Shown here in pieces: positions 1-9,703 of a stretch of DNA of 64,000 nucleotides. Under the pieces are notes generated by a model. The model made no database searches and had not been told where the DNA came from. It worked only from the letters and a program-made list of their open reading frames with translations. The stretch lies in the IMG/VR virus record IMGVR_UViG_3300032397_000005, positions 41,444 to 105,443 of that record. One strand, 5' to 3'. The DNA comes from a virus. Position 1 is the first letter of the stretch; the number at the start of each line of letters is the position of its first letter. The translations under genes and the position numbers were made by a program.

Positions 1-168
1 GCGCGGGAGGCGCTTCGGCGGTTGGGGTATCACGTGGAGGGGGACGACTCGCTCCTGACCAGCGTCCGGATCTACCAGCAGTCGCGCGGTTTGGACGTGG
101 ACGGGGACGTTGGGTCCCAGACCTACGCGGCGCTGGATAAGGAACTGAAGTCATGGAGGCTAAGGTAG
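1..168 (+). CDS. C-terminal end of a peptidoglycan-binding-domain protein (possibly an endolysin), 5' partial
   Basis: Frame 1 reads AREALRRLGYH...SVRIYQQSRGLDVDGDVGSQTYAAL...*, matching the PG_binding_1 pattern (L..LGY...V..FQ...GL.VDG.VG..T..AL). Confidence 0.8.
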   Translation, partial: AREALRRLGYHVEGDDSLLTSVRIYQQSRGLDVDGDVGSQTYAALDKELKSWRLR

Positions 169-172
169 GGTC

Positions 173-436
173 ATGAGCGAGCCAACCTACGTGAAGATCT
201 ACCGGGTCAGCGAGGCGTTTGAGGTGGAGGTGGATGAGGACGCGTTGGGTCCTCCCGGTCCCGGGGATGAACCCGGGCGACCTGCGCTCCGGGAGGCGCT
301 CCGGATGGTTCGCGCTGGGGAGCTGGAGGGCGGTCCACCGGACGCTGAGTTCGTGGCCTTGGCCTGGGATGAGACGGCGCAGGTGAGTGCGGCCGCGCTG
401 ATGGGGCTGGAAGAAGTGAGGGGGAGGCGGCGATGA
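173..436 (+). CDS. hypothetical protein
   Basis: 87-aa ORF whose stop overlaps the next start (ATGA). Confidence 0.6.
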   Translation: MSEPTYVKIYRVSEAFEVEVDEDALGPPGPGDEPGRPALREALRMVRAGELEGGPPDAEFVALAWDETAQVSAAALMGLEEVRGRRR

Positions 437-1059
437 GGATCCTTGTGACGGGTGGCGCTGGATTCGTGGGATCCCACGTGGTGGACGAGTTGGTCTCCCG
501 GGGTCACGCGGTCCTGGTGCGGGACGACCTCTCGACGGCGGAGCTGGAGGAAGACGGGAAGACGCCGCGCTGGTTTCGGAAGGGGGCTGCCTACGTTGAC
601 TGCGCGATGCCGTACATGAAGAAGGATCTGAATATCCTGGAGGCGGTCGTTCACCTGGCGCTCCGGCACCCGCTGGAGCGGGAGCGCGCGTGCTGGGTCG
701 CCGCCTTCGACGGTTACGTTACGGGTGGGGTCAGACTCCTGATGGACCTCCTGAACGCGGGGGCTCCGCTGAAGCGATTCGTCTTCGCGGGTCCGGTTAA
801 CGTCCAGGGCGTGAAGAAGTCTGCGGAGTTCTCCATGGTGAACGGGCTAGTCGACTTGCTTGGGTACTGGCACCGTCCACCGATGTTGGCGGTTCATTGC
901 CTGCGGCTTCCGGAGCTCTCCGGGGAGCGGAGGGCGGTCCCCATGCCGGACGGGGTGACGGGTCAGCGCGTGGAGACGGCGGCAATGATCCTGGCGAACC
1001 TGGCGGACGGCACATCACCCCATCACTTACACGTTGAAGTTCACTACGGTGACGCGTGA
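433..1059 (+). CDS. NAD-dependent epimerase/dehydratase-like protein (short, divergent)
   Basis: MRILVTGGAGFVGSHVVDELV Rossmann motif, plus DDLST and VVHLA; only 208 aa and no clear YxxxK. Confidence 0.7.
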   Translation: MRILVTGGAGFVGSHVVDELVSRGHAVLVRDDLSTAELEEDGKTPRWFRKGAAYVDCAMPYMKKDLNILEAVVHLALRHPLERERACWVAAFDGYVTGGVRLLMDLLNAGAPLKRFVFAGPVNVQGVKKSAEFSMVNGLVDLLGYWHRPPMLAVHCLRLPELSGERRAVPMPDGVTGQRVETAAMILANLADGTSPHHLHVEVHYGDA

Positions 1060-1406
1060 TGGACGGCTACGCGGTGGTGAGGAAGTCGACGTTGGCCTGG
1101 CTCCTCGAGCTCTATCGGGAGGCGGGGGAGCGGCCGGACCTCCCGGAGGAGGTGGCGCGTGACCTCCGCGTACAGGTGACGCGGGACGTGAGCGTGCCCG
1201 TTGACAAGGATCGCCTCCGGGTGGTTGGTCCGGTCCTCTCCGCGGAGGAGCACGTCCAACTCCTGGAGGCGTGTGATGACTTGGATCTCCCCCGAGAGAA
1301 GCAGGCCGGGGCGTTCTGGCGCCTGGTGGTTCAGGTGGTCCATGAGATGCTGCGAAACGAGGGGGATGCGGTACTGAGACTCATTGGAGGAGAAGATGGC
1401 AAGTGA
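1056..1406 (+). CDS. hypothetical protein
   Basis: ORF coupled to both neighbours. Confidence 0.6.
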   Translation: MMDGYAVVRKSTLAWLLELYREAGERPDLPEEVARDLRVQVTRDVSVPVDKDRLRVVGPVLSAEEHVQLLEACDDLDLPREKQAGAFWRLVVQVVHEMLRNEGDAVLRLIGGEDGK

Positions 1407-2079
1407 GGGAAGTCTGCGCTCGATCAAGGTGGCGCGCAAGAAGAAGAAGGACTTCGAGGCGGAGGTGCGGGAGGGGTTGAAGTCGGCCTCTGAGCAAATT
1501 CAGCGCATCAACGAGCACCTGGCCAAGATATTCTCGACCCTGAAGGAGGTGGTCAACGCCAACAACGCGGCGTCGCTGATCACGGCCTCCGTGGAGCGGT
1601 TCCTGGACGGGAAGCACCCGGGTTGGGACGACGGGATCCGGGACGACATCCTCCGGAGGCGAAACCTCCTAGCGGAGCGGAAGGCGCTCCATGCGGAGGC
1701 GGTGGCGCAGATGAAACCGGACGCGGAGATCCCTTGTAGTCCTCAAACGGTACTTTTCCGATCGGAGCGAAGGGTCGAGTTGGCGGATCGTCTGTGGGAG
1801 GTGGGGAAGGAGCTTGGGACGGAGGTTCAAGATGGTGCGATCTCCGTCTCTCTCCTGCTCAAGAGCAAGTTGCCGGAGCGGGCGGACGCCAGGATCAAGG
1901 AACTGCGGGGGATGACGCGGGAGACGACGCCGGAGATCTCTCCGGAAGGCAGGAACAAGGAACTGCGGGGGACGACGCCGGAGATCTCACCGGAACTTGA
2001 GGTGATATTCAAGAAGTTGGAGGAGCGGGTGGCGGAGGTGAGGCGCTCCGAGCGCAGGCCCGTTGTCCCCGGAGAATGA
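1396..2079 (+). CDS. hypothetical helical protein with an internal duplication
   Basis: ATG at 1396 after GGAGGAG; KELRG..TTPEISPE occurs twice. Confidence 0.65.
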   Translation: MASEGSLRSIKVARKKKKDFEAEVREGLKSASEQIQRINEHLAKIFSTLKEVVNANNAASLITASVERFLDGKHPGWDDGIRDDILRRRNLLAERKALHAEAVAQMKPDAEIPCSPQTVLFRSERRVELADRLWEVGKELGTEVQDGAISVSLLLKSKLPERADARIKELRGMTRETTPEISPEGRNKELRGTTPEISPELEVIFKKLEERVAEVRRSERRPVVPGE

Positions 2080-2199
2080 CGCCATCAACGTGGTCGCCGC
2101 TTTGGGTGGAGGGGTAGGCTGGAAACTTCCGATCGCGGAGTCCCAACGAACGTGAAGCAAACACTCTCCGGCAAGCGACGGCAGTCCCTCCCACGGAGG

Positions 2200-2385
2200 A
2201 TGGACTCCAAGGTTGCTCCGGGGACCCTTCTTGGGCGGAAGTTGACGGGTTGCTACAGGTGCGGCCTGGAGTTCACACCGGAGGAGCTCCGGACGTTTCC
2301 AACGGAAGCGACCGTGGACCAATCTCGGATCTACGTCTGCGCGGGATGCGCTGGAGGGGAAGATGTCAAGGATCCTGACGCCTGA
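2200..2385 (+). CDS. small zinc-finger protein
   Basis: CYRC...CAGC; start uncertain (2152 or 2200). Confidence 0.5.
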   Translation: MDSKVAPGTLLGRKLTGCYRCGLEFTPEELRTFPTEATVDQSRIYVCAGCAGGEDVKDPDA

Positions 2386-2716
2386 GGCGCTGGTGGACGC
2401 GGCGGTGTGTCGGTTCTCCCGGTGGACGGAGCGGGACGCGGAGTTCAAGCGGAGATTTGGGCGGTGGACGCGTCCAAGCTTTGCTAGGCGCTACCCGTTG
2501 GCGGAGATGAAGCGGCTCATCCGCTGGTCCACCCTGGATCCGGAGATCCTTGACTTGGCTCCGTTCATCAACGAGATGCTCAAGGAGGACCGGAGGATTG
2601 CCGGGGAGATCGCCCTCTTTGTCTTCGAGGAGTTTAGGGATGCCTTCGCGACGGACAAGACGCTCAACCTGTTCAGGCTCAGCTACCTCAGACGCCTGGA
2701 TACCTGCGGATTCTAA
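2363..2716 (+). CDS. hypothetical protein
   Basis: 117-aa ORF with a purine-rich RBS. Confidence 0.6.
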   Translation: MSRILTPEALVDAAVCRFSRWTERDAEFKRRFGRWTRPSFARRYPLAEMKRLIRWSTLDPEILDLAPFINEMLKEDRRIAGEIALFVFEEFRDAFATDKTLNLFRLSYLRRLDTCGF

Positions 2717-2725
2717 GGAGTCAAC

Positions 2726-5434
2726 ATGTCCGACGCTGACGTCACCTGCGCTCAACCTGCGTCCGCATCTCGTTTCACATGTAAGTCCGGGGATCCGCGG
2801 CCGGTCCGCCACTTCTCCAGGGAGGGGGAGGACGTCTGGGACGCCGCTGGGCCGTGGACGCGTAGGACGGCGCGGATCGAGGGCGCGGGGGGAGCGGCGC
2901 TCTTCGAGCAGGAGAACGTGGAGGCGCCGGCCAGTTGGAGTCAGATGGCCGTCGATGTGGTGGCGTCGAAGTACTTCCGCGGGCGACTTGGGACCGTAGG
3001 AAGGGAGTATTCCGTCCGGCAGTTGGTGGATCGGGTGAGTAAGGAGATCTCGTACTGGGGCGGTCAGGATGAGTACTTCGAGGACGTCCCGCTCCGGGAC
3101 GTCTTCCGGGATGAGTTGACGGTCCTCCTCCTCACTCAGCGACTCTCGTTCAACTCCCCAGTCTGGTTCAACGTTGGGGTGGAGCAGACCCCCCAGTGCT
3201 CGGCCTGCTTCATCAACTCCGTCGATGACTCCATGGAGAGCATCATGGACCTGGCCAAGACGGAGGGTCTCATATTCAAGCGCGGGAGCGGGGCGGGCGT
3301 CAACCTCTCCGCGTTGCGCGGGAAGAACGAGCCGCTTAGTGGGGGCGGGACGGCCTCCGGTCCGGTTTCGTTCATGCGGGGATACGACGCCTTTGCGGGC
3401 GTCATCAAGAGCGGAGGTCGCACGCGGCGCGCGGCCAAGATCATCATCCTAAACGTGGATCACCCGGACATCCTGGACTTTATTCGCTGCAAGCCGGAGG
3501 AGGAGCGGAAGGCGCGGGTACTGGCGAGCGCCGGCTTTGGCTCCGGGTTGGACGGGGACGCGTCCGTCTGCTACCAGAACGCCAACAACGCCGTGCGCGT
3601 GACGAATGCGTTCATGATGGCGGCGGAGCGGGGGGATGCTTGGAAACTGTACGCGCGCAAGACCGGGGAGGTCATGGAGACCGTGAATGCGGCGGATCTC
3701 TGGGACGAGATCGTCTCGGCCGCGCACGACTGCGGGGACCCGGGACTGCAGTTCGACGACGCCGCGAACGCGTGGAACACCTGCTTGGTGGACGGTAGGA
3801 TCAACTCATCCAACCCTTGCTCTGAGTTCACGTTCCTCGACAACTCCGCCTGCAACCTGGCCTCCCTGAACCTCCGAAGGTTCCAACTAGAGGACGGTTC
3901 CCTGGACGTGGCGGCGTTCTCCGCGGCCGTGGAGGTCTCCATCTTGGCGCAGGACGTCCTGGTCGATCACTCCAGTTACCCCACGTCGAAGATTGCGGAG
4001 AACTCCAAGCGGTTCAGAGCGCTGGGTCTCGGGTACACCAACCTGGGGGCGTTCCTGATGGCGGCCGGTCTTCCGTACGACTCGAACGTTGGTCGAGCCT
4101 ACGCGGCCTCGTTGACGGCGCTCATGACGGGCGTGGCGTACCGCAGCAGCGCGCGGATTGCGCGGAGGAAGGGGTCATTCGAGGCGTGGCCGCGCAACTC
4201 TCGCGCCATGACGCAAGTTCTTCAGAAGCACCAAAACGCAATCCGAGGCATCGACGCCGGTCTAGCGCCGATGGCGGTCCTCGAGGCGGCGCGGGACGTC
4301 TGGGACGAGGCTCTGGCGGAGGGGGTGGCCGGGTGGAGGAACGCGCAGGTGACCCTCCTCGCCCCAACCGGGACGACTTCGTTCATGATGGACGCCGACA
4401 CCACGGGGGTTGAGCCGGACTTCTCCCTCATCAAGCGGAAGCGGCTCTCCGGTGGCGGGGAACTCCTCATGGAGAACGGCTCCATTGCGCGGGCGCTGGA
4501 GCGGCTCCTGTACGACGGGGTGGAGATCGAGCTGACGCTGAAGCACCTCCGGGATAAGGGGACGCTGCAGGGTTCCGAGGTCCTACCGGAGGACCTCGCG
4601 GTCTTCGACTGCGCGGCGGAGGACGCGGCGGGTCGGAAGATCTCCTGGACGGGACACGTCCTGATGGTGGCGGCGGTCCAGCCGTTCCTCTCCGGGGCGG
4701 TCTCGAAGACGGTCAACCTACCGGCGGACGCCACCCCGGAGGACGTTGGTCAGGTCTACCGCCTGGCGTGGCGGGAGGGTCTCAAGGCGGTCAGTGTCTA
4801 CCGGGACGGGTGTAAGCGGGTTCAACCACTGGAGCGCAAGAGCGGGAACGGGGGGAACGGGAAGTCCGTGGGGTGGGTCGCGTCGGTCCAGGTGGAGCGG
4901 GCGGCCGGGAGGGAGCGGATGCCGAGGGAGCGGGACTCCCGGACGCACAAGTTCGACATTTCCGGGCACGAGGGGTACGTCACCGCGGGGATGTACCCGG
5001 ATAGGCGGCTCGGGGAGCTCTTCGTGGTGATGGCCAAGGAGGGGAGTACGGTTCGGGGCCTCCTGGACGCCTGGGCAACCTCCGTGTCCATTGCCCTCCA
5101 GTACGGCGTGCCGTGGGACGCCTTGGCGGACAAGTTCCGGCGGATGAGGTTCGAGCCAAGCGGGTTCTCGGACAACCCGGATATTGGGGCCACGACCTCC
5201 CCACTCGACTACATCACGAGATGGGTGGATCTGCGCTTCCCGGAGGGGAGGTTCGCGGATGTTCCACCGAGGGAGGAGGCGCCGGCGGCGGTCCGGGATG
5301 TCATCCAGCGCGTGGCGGAGGTGCTCCGAGTTCACGACTCCGGACCTCCCTGCGTGTCGTGCGGCGCCATCACGGAGCCCAGCGGCGCTTGCCACCGTTG
5401 CCCAACATGTGGAACCAGCACTGGTTGCGGATAG
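2726..5434 (+). CDS. nrdJ: class II (adenosylcobalamin-dependent) ribonucleotide reductase
   Basis: FNSPVWFNVG, QCSACFI, GGRTRRAAK, catalytic SNPCSE, APTGT, VQPFLSGAVSKTVN, YRDGCK, C-terminal TSCPD-like domain and zinc ribbon; RBS AAGGAG. Confidence 0.95.
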   Translation: MSDADVTCAQPASASRFTCKSGDPRPVRHFSREGEDVWDAAGPWTRRTARIEGAGGAALFEQENVEAPASWSQMAVDVVASKYFRGRLGTVGREYSVRQLVDRVSKEISYWGGQDEYFEDVPLRDVFRDELTVLLLTQRLSFNSPVWFNVGVEQTPQCSACFINSVDDSMESIMDLAKTEGLIFKRGSGAGVNLSALRGKNEPLSGGGTASGPVSFMRGYDAFAGVIKSGGRTRRAAKIIILNVDHPDILDFIRCKPEEERKARVLASAGFGSGLDGDASVCYQNANNAVRVTNAFMMAAERGDAWKLYARKTGEVMETVNAADLWDEIVSAAHDCGDPGLQFDDAANAWNTCLVDGRINSSNPCSEFTFLDNSACNLASLNLRRFQLEDGSLDVAAFSAAVEVSILAQDVLVDHSSYPTSKIAENSKRFRALGLGYTNLGAFLMAAGLPYDSNVGRAYAASLTALMTGVAYRSSARIARRKGSFEAWPRNSRAMTQVLQKHQNAIRGIDAGLAPMAVLEAARDVWDEALAEGVAGWRNAQVTLLAPTGTTSFMMDADTTGVEPDFSLIKRKRLSGGGELLMENGSIARALERLLYDGVEIELTLKHLRDKGTLQGSEVLPEDLAVFDCAAEDAAGRKISWTGHVLMVAAVQPFLSGAVSKTVNLPADATPEDVGQVYRLAWREGLKAVSVYRDGCKRVQPLERKSGNGGNGKSVGWVASVQVERAAGRERMPRERDSRTHKFDISGHEGYVTAGMYPDRRLGELFVVMAKEGSTVRGLLDAWATSVSIALQYGVPWDALADKFRRMRFEPSGFSDNPDIGATTSPLDYITRWVDLRFPEGRFADVPPREEAPAAVRDVIQRVAEVLRVHDSGPPCVSCGAITEPSGACHRCPTCGTSTGCG

Positions 5435-5437
5435 ACG

Positions 5438-5465
5438 TTCACTCCTAGTCAAATTTTGGTAAGGT
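5438..5465 (+). promoter_or_regulatory. putative sigma70-type promoter
   Basis: TTCACT-N16-(TG.)TAAGGT in the intergenic gap, with the same geometry as the array promoters. Confidence 0.4.
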
Positions 5466-5514
5466 TCCACCCACTCCATCCCTCATCTTCACCTACTCCC
5501 ATCTGAGGTGGTAA

Positions 5515-5934
5515 ATGGATCGAGATCAAGTCAACTTGGTGGACCCCACCCTGGAGCCGACGGAGCTTGCGGCGCTCCGGGAGCTGGTCAAGGAACTCCA
5601 GGCGGAGGGGTGGGAGGTCATCTCCACGGCTGTTGTTGGGATGGACAGGACGCCGGCGGCGGTGGTCCTCCGGAGGGGGGCGGTCGAGCCGCTGCGGACG
5701 TTTGTGGCCGCGTGTCGGAGCTTACTCCGGGCGGCGGAGAAGGTTCGGCAGGTCCCCGCGCTCTCGGCGGAGGAGCACGAGACGGTTCAGGCGGCGCGGT
5801 TGACCTGTCGGATCATGGCGGAGCGCGCAACGGTCTCCGGGGCCTCGTTTGGGACGTTTGCCCACGCGGTCATGGCTTCGGCGGTCCGCGCATACGAGGA
5901 TAAGAAGGATCAAGGGCAAGGAGAGGGAAGATGA
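5515..5934 (+). CDS. hypothetical protein
   Basis: RBS GAGGTGG; 139 aa; overlaps the next start. Confidence 0.6.
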   Translation: MDRDQVNLVDPTLEPTELAALRELVKELQAEGWEVISTAVVGMDRTPAAVVLRRGAVEPLRTFVAACRSLLRAAEKVRQVPALSAEEHETVQAARLTCRIMAERATVSGASFGTFAHAVMASAVRAYEDKKDQGQGEGR

Positions 5935-6740
5935 ATCACTCACTAGGCTGGCGGAGGGACCTCCCGGATCACCGGGACTACACTCAGACGCACCCAAGCG
6001 TTGGCCCAACGCTGGCGCTATCCAAGCCGCTCATGCAGGTCTACGTGTCCGGGAGGGCGGGTAAGAAGGACCTGCGGGCGTTCTGCTCCCCAATCGAGGA
6101 TCAGGGGGAACTGGGGTCCTGCACGGCACACGCGGGCGTTGGACTCATGGAGTGGTTCCAGCGCCGGGCGTTTGGGAGGCACCTCGACATGAGTCGCCTG
6201 TTCCTCTACCTTGTTGCCCGGAGAATGGTTGGGATCCGGGGGGACGAGGGTTGCTACCTCCGGACGGTGATGCAGGCCATGGTGATGTTTGGGGTCCCTC
6301 CGGAGCAATTCTGGCCCTACAAGACGGCGGACTTCGACCGGGAGCCGGACGCGTTTGTCTACTCCCTGGCGGATGACTTCAAGGCGTACAGCTACTACAG
6401 ACTCACGCCAAACGCGGGGAAGTCTCAGTTGGAGGTCCTCCTCGACCACCTGGACGGCGGGCTCCCGTTCATGTTCGGGTTCACGGTGTTCTCCAACATC
6501 TCAAACAACGGTTGGATTCCGGAGCCTCAACCGGGAAACACCGTCCTCGGCGGTCACGCCGTGGCGGCGTTTGGGTACGACGACAAGATGAAGGCGTTCC
6601 TCATTCGGAACTCGTGGGGGACGTCCTGGGGCCACGAGGGGTACGGGTGGCTACCCTACTCCTACGTGGAGCGGGGCCTGGCGGATGACTTTTGGACGCT
6701 CATTAAGGCGAACTTTGTCAACACGGAGCTCTTCAAGTAG
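5931..6740 (+). CDS. papain-family (C1A) cysteine protease, bacterial xylellain-like
   Basis: GWRRDLPDHRDY N-terminus, DQGELGSCTAHA (Cys), GGHAV (His), IRNSWG (Asn), WGHEGYGWLPY. Confidence 0.93.
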   Translation: MNHSLGWRRDLPDHRDYTQTHPSVGPTLALSKPLMQVYVSGRAGKKDLRAFCSPIEDQGELGSCTAHAGVGLMEWFQRRAFGRHLDMSRLFLYLVARRMVGIRGDEGCYLRTVMQAMVMFGVPPEQFWPYKTADFDREPDAFVYSLADDFKAYSYYRLTPNAGKSQLEVLLDHLDGGLPFMFGFTVFSNISNNGWIPEPQPGNTVLGGHAVAAFGYDDKMKAFLIRNSWGTSWGHEGYGWLPYSYVERGLADDFWTLIKANFVNTELFK

Positions 6741-6749
6741 GAGGCGCGG

Positions 6750-7196
6750 ATGGATGAAGACGCGGATCTGAGATGCACCGGGAGCTTGTCTCCCGGATCT
6801 CAGGGGGGTCACCCGTCGAGGAGAGTGTGGTCACTCAGATCAGGAAAGGAACCGGAGGCGGTCAAGGAGGAGATTGAGGTGGAGGTGAGCCTGAAGATGA
6901 CGGTTCGGAACGGCAAGGGCGGCCGGGCAATCTCGAGGTGGGTTGTGCTCAGTCACTTTGGGTTCAACGTGGATAGGCTCAGGGTGGCGGCGGATCCCGT
7001 TCTACTCCTGGGAGCGCAGCGGTCCCTACCGGCCACGCTGAAGGTGTTTGTCGATGGTCACGGGGGAACGATCTGCGAGCAGCTTCGGGACCTTCAGGTC
7101 CGCGTTGCGCGGGAGGGTATCGTCGAGGTGATGGTGGGTCCCGAGGAGGAGTTGAACCTCACTTCACTGGAGAACGTAGATGACAAGGGAAGTTGA
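6750..7196 (+). CDS. hypothetical protein
   Basis: RBS GGAGG; 148 aa. Confidence 0.5.
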   Translation: MDEDADLRCTGSLSPGSQGGHPSRRVWSLRSGKEPEAVKEEIEVEVSLKMTVRNGKGGRAISRWVVLSHFGFNVDRLRVAADPVLLLGAQRSLPATLKVFVDGHGGTICEQLRDLQVRVAREGIVEVMVGPEEELNLTSLENVDDKGS

Positions 7197-7470
7197 GCCA
7201 GATGTTCACGTTGACGGGACCTCCTTGATGGTGAACGGAGTCAGGATCCACCTCCACTTCCTGGACGCGTTCCGGGAGCTCCCGGAGGGGGGAACGGTGC
7301 CGCTGGTCAAGGTCTACTGCCAGGGCTGTCGGAAGTACAAAGTCGTCTCCCGGGTTGGCCTCCGTCACATGGGCGGCGGGGTGGTTGCCCTCCAGTCGAA
7401 CTGCCACGAGTGTCGGGGCGTCATGAACGCCAGGAAGGCGGAGGAAGATGGGAGAAGGGCCACTCGCTGA
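7180..7470 (+). CDS. hypothetical zinc-ribbon protein
   Basis: CQGC...CHEC. Confidence 0.6.
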   Translation: MTREVEPDVHVDGTSLMVNGVRIHLHFLDAFRELPEGGTVPLVKVYCQGCRKYKVVSRVGLRHMGGGVVALQSNCHECRGVMNARKAEEDGRRATR

Positions 7471-8320
7471 GAGACCCCTGATTGCGGCGGTTAGGGACGC
7501 CTTGTCGGAGGCGGAGCGGCGCGGGCGGGAGGCGGGGCTCCGGGAGCGGCTCCGGATCCCAAGGCTCCCCTGGGATCAGTTCTTCATGCTCCACGCTCAC
7601 CTGACGGCCACTCGGTCCACGTGTGATCGCGGGCCGGAGCTCCTCCTGGATCCCGGGCGGCACGGCGTGGGGGCGGTGATTGTCCGGGAGAACCGGATGG
7701 TGGCCGGGGGCTACAATGGGTCACCTCCTGGGGAACCGCACTGCTCGGATCTGGTTTGCGCCAATTGCGCCGCGGACTACGTGAGGGACCCCATCGACCC
7801 GTCTAAGGACGACCGTGGCTTTGCCCGGGCGGAGATCAATGCGGGGAGGTGCCCGATCTGCGGCGGGAAGATCCTGGGTGGTCACATAATGCGGGATGGT
7901 CATTGCGTCAGAACACTGCACGCGGAGGAGAACGCCTTGCTCCAGTGCGCCCTGGACGGGACCACCCCGGAGGGGGCCGCGATCTACACGTCCGCCTCTG
8001 CGTGCTGGGACTGCTCCAAGCGGATCCTGAGGGCCAAGGTGGCGCGCGTGGTCTTTGCGGACGTGTATGACTCGCGCTACGGGCTCTCACTTGACGCCGT
8101 GGAGTTGCTCCGGCGGAATGAGGTGCAGATTGAGTACCTGGACGTTCGAGATGCGCTTAGTTGGGCCAGAGCTTCCTCTTTCAAGGTAGTAGGGGCCCGG
8201 GGTCGCGTCCGGTCCCACCCAGAGCGACTTGAGCGAGGAGAGGACGGGGGTGAGCCAAAGCAGGAGACCAGGAAGGGTCATCCGGTGGTGAATAACTCAC
8301 CCGGGGATTGGGATCCCTGA
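7448..8320 (+). CDS. dCMP deaminase (ComEB-like)
   Basis: WDQFFM..A...ATRSTCDR, VGAVIV, GYNGSP, HAEENAL, ASACWDC zinc motifs. Confidence 0.92.
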   Translation: MGEGPLAERPLIAAVRDALSEAERRGREAGLRERLRIPRLPWDQFFMLHAHLTATRSTCDRGPELLLDPGRHGVGAVIVRENRMVAGGYNGSPPGEPHCSDLVCANCAADYVRDPIDPSKDDRGFARAEINAGRCPICGGKILGGHIMRDGHCVRTLHAEENALLQCALDGTTPEGAAIYTSASACWDCSKRILRAKVARVVFADVYDSRYGLSLDAVELLRRNEVQIEYLDVRDALSWARASSFKVVGARGRVRSHPERLERGEDGGEPKQETRKGHPVVNNSPGDWDP

Positions 8321-8526
8321 TGCCTCCCTGCGTCATCTGCCTGAAGCGACCGCGTATTGGGAGCCTGTTGTGCGACGTCTGCGGGCGGAGCTACGACCGG
8401 GACCTGCGGATTGGGGACGGGACGATCGCCGGGGCGATCCGGTGGGCGGCGCGCCGGGCGCGGTTCTTCGAGCGGCGCAGAGCGAGCTTCATTCTGAGAG
8501 AAGGAGGGAAGCGTGACCAAGTTTGA
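8320..8526 (+). CDS. small zinc-finger protein
   Basis: CVIC...CDVC; TGATG coupling. Confidence 0.55.
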   Translation: MPPCVICLKRPRIGSLLCDVCGRSYDRDLRIGDGTIAGAIRWAARRARFFERRRASFILREGGKRDQV

Positions 8527-9007
8527 GATGGAACTGAGGGACCTCATTAACAAGCACAGCCTGGAGAACGCAAGTGACACCCCGGACTTCATCCTGACCC
8601 AGTACATCACCGGGTGTCTGGTCAACTTCTCCAACCGGGCGCGGGAGCGGGAGGGTTGGTTTGGGAGGATCCGCTCGCGGGAGGACGGGGAGGAGCTTGC
8701 GTTCAAGGTTGGGGAGCCCCTGAATAACCCCCACCGCGTGGCGGAGGCGGAGGAGTGCGAGCTGCTCTCCGCGCTGGTTCAGATCTTCCCGGACGCTAGT
8801 CACCGGGCGGAGGCGGAGCGGCGTCTGGCGGACGCATGTCAACCGTTCCTGGTCTGCATCAACGGGACCGGGACGCGGGCGCGGATCTCCGCGGCGGCGC
8901 AGGTTGTCCTGGATGAGATGCGGGCGGAGGGGAAGACGGACGTTCAGGCGGTGGTTTCGGCGGAGGGGCGGGCGTCACGCGTGAACCTGACGTTCCGGAA
9001 GGTCTGA
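8513..9007 (+). CDS. hypothetical phage protein
   Basis: RBS GGAGG; ELRDLINKHSLENASDTPDFILTQY N-terminus. Confidence 0.65.
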   Translation: MTKFEMELRDLINKHSLENASDTPDFILTQYITGCLVNFSNRAREREGWFGRIRSREDGEELAFKVGEPLNNPHRVAEAEECELLSALVQIFPDASHRAEAERRLADACQPFLVCINGTGTRARISAAAQVVLDEMRAEGKTDVQAVVSAEGRASRVNLTFRKV

Positions 9008-9570
9008 TGGGTCCGGTCCTGACCAAGCGGGAGAACCTCCGGAGGATCGAGTTGGGACTCTACGGCAACCGCCTGCGGACGTGGCGGACGCTCGGGGATC
9101 TCCGCGCAAGTGGTTGGGCCGGGTTGGTGACGATCCGGACCCTCATGGGGGGCGGCGGACCCTGCGTCTACGACGTACCGGCGCTCAGCGTGGGGTTCGT
9201 GGTTGAAGCTCTCGGTCTCCCGGAACGGGACGTGTACTTCAACCAGGGCGCGGTGGACTCCAGCGTGATCATTCAGGGGGAGTACCTGAACGACGTGGTC
9301 CGCGTGGACGGGCGGACGTTTGACGGGGTCCTCCTGTTCTCCACCGTCAAGCTGAAGATGCGGGACGCCCTCCGGGCGGAGTCTCGGACCGTCTACGGCC
9401 TGGCGGGTCAGACGGCGCTCCGGGCGGAGATGACGCCCTCCAGCTGGGCGGACTTCGAGGCGCTCCTGGAGCTCTACCCGAGTCACGTCCTGGAGGTCTC
9501 CGTCTACGCTGGGACGGTTGGGGACGTTCCGGGAAGAAACGCGGTGGTGTGGGAGGTTCGTAGGTATTGA
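9007..9570 (+). CDS. hypothetical protein
   Basis: 187 aa, TGATG coupling, typical codon usage. Confidence 0.7.
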   Translation: MGPVLTKRENLRRIELGLYGNRLRTWRTLGDLRASGWAGLVTIRTLMGGGGPCVYDVPALSVGFVVEALGLPERDVYFNQGAVDSSVIIQGEYLNDVVRVDGRTFDGVLLFSTVKLKMRDALRAESRTVYGLAGQTALRAEMTPSSWADFEALLELYPSHVLEVSVYAGTVGDVPGRNAVVWEVRRY

Positions 9571-9583
9571 TTGGAGGTGCTTG

Positions 9584-9703
9584 GTGATTGCGTACATCCT
9601 GGCGACGGTGGGAAGTTCCTGGTTCCGGACCTTTCTACTGGTCTTGACCATCGTCGGCGTGCTCCTGTACGCCCTGGTTCACCTAGAAGGGAGGGATGAA
9701 TGA
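9584..9703 (+). CDS. small membrane protein
   Basis: GGAGGT RBS; hydrophobic FLLVLTIVGVLLYALV; overlaps the thyX start. Confidence 0.45.
   Translation: MIAYILATVGSSWFRTFLLVLTIVGVLLYALVHLEGRDE

Noticed and set aside
2726-5434. Intein or intron in nrdJ (and terL)
   Set aside because: No Hint motifs or frame interruptions seen.
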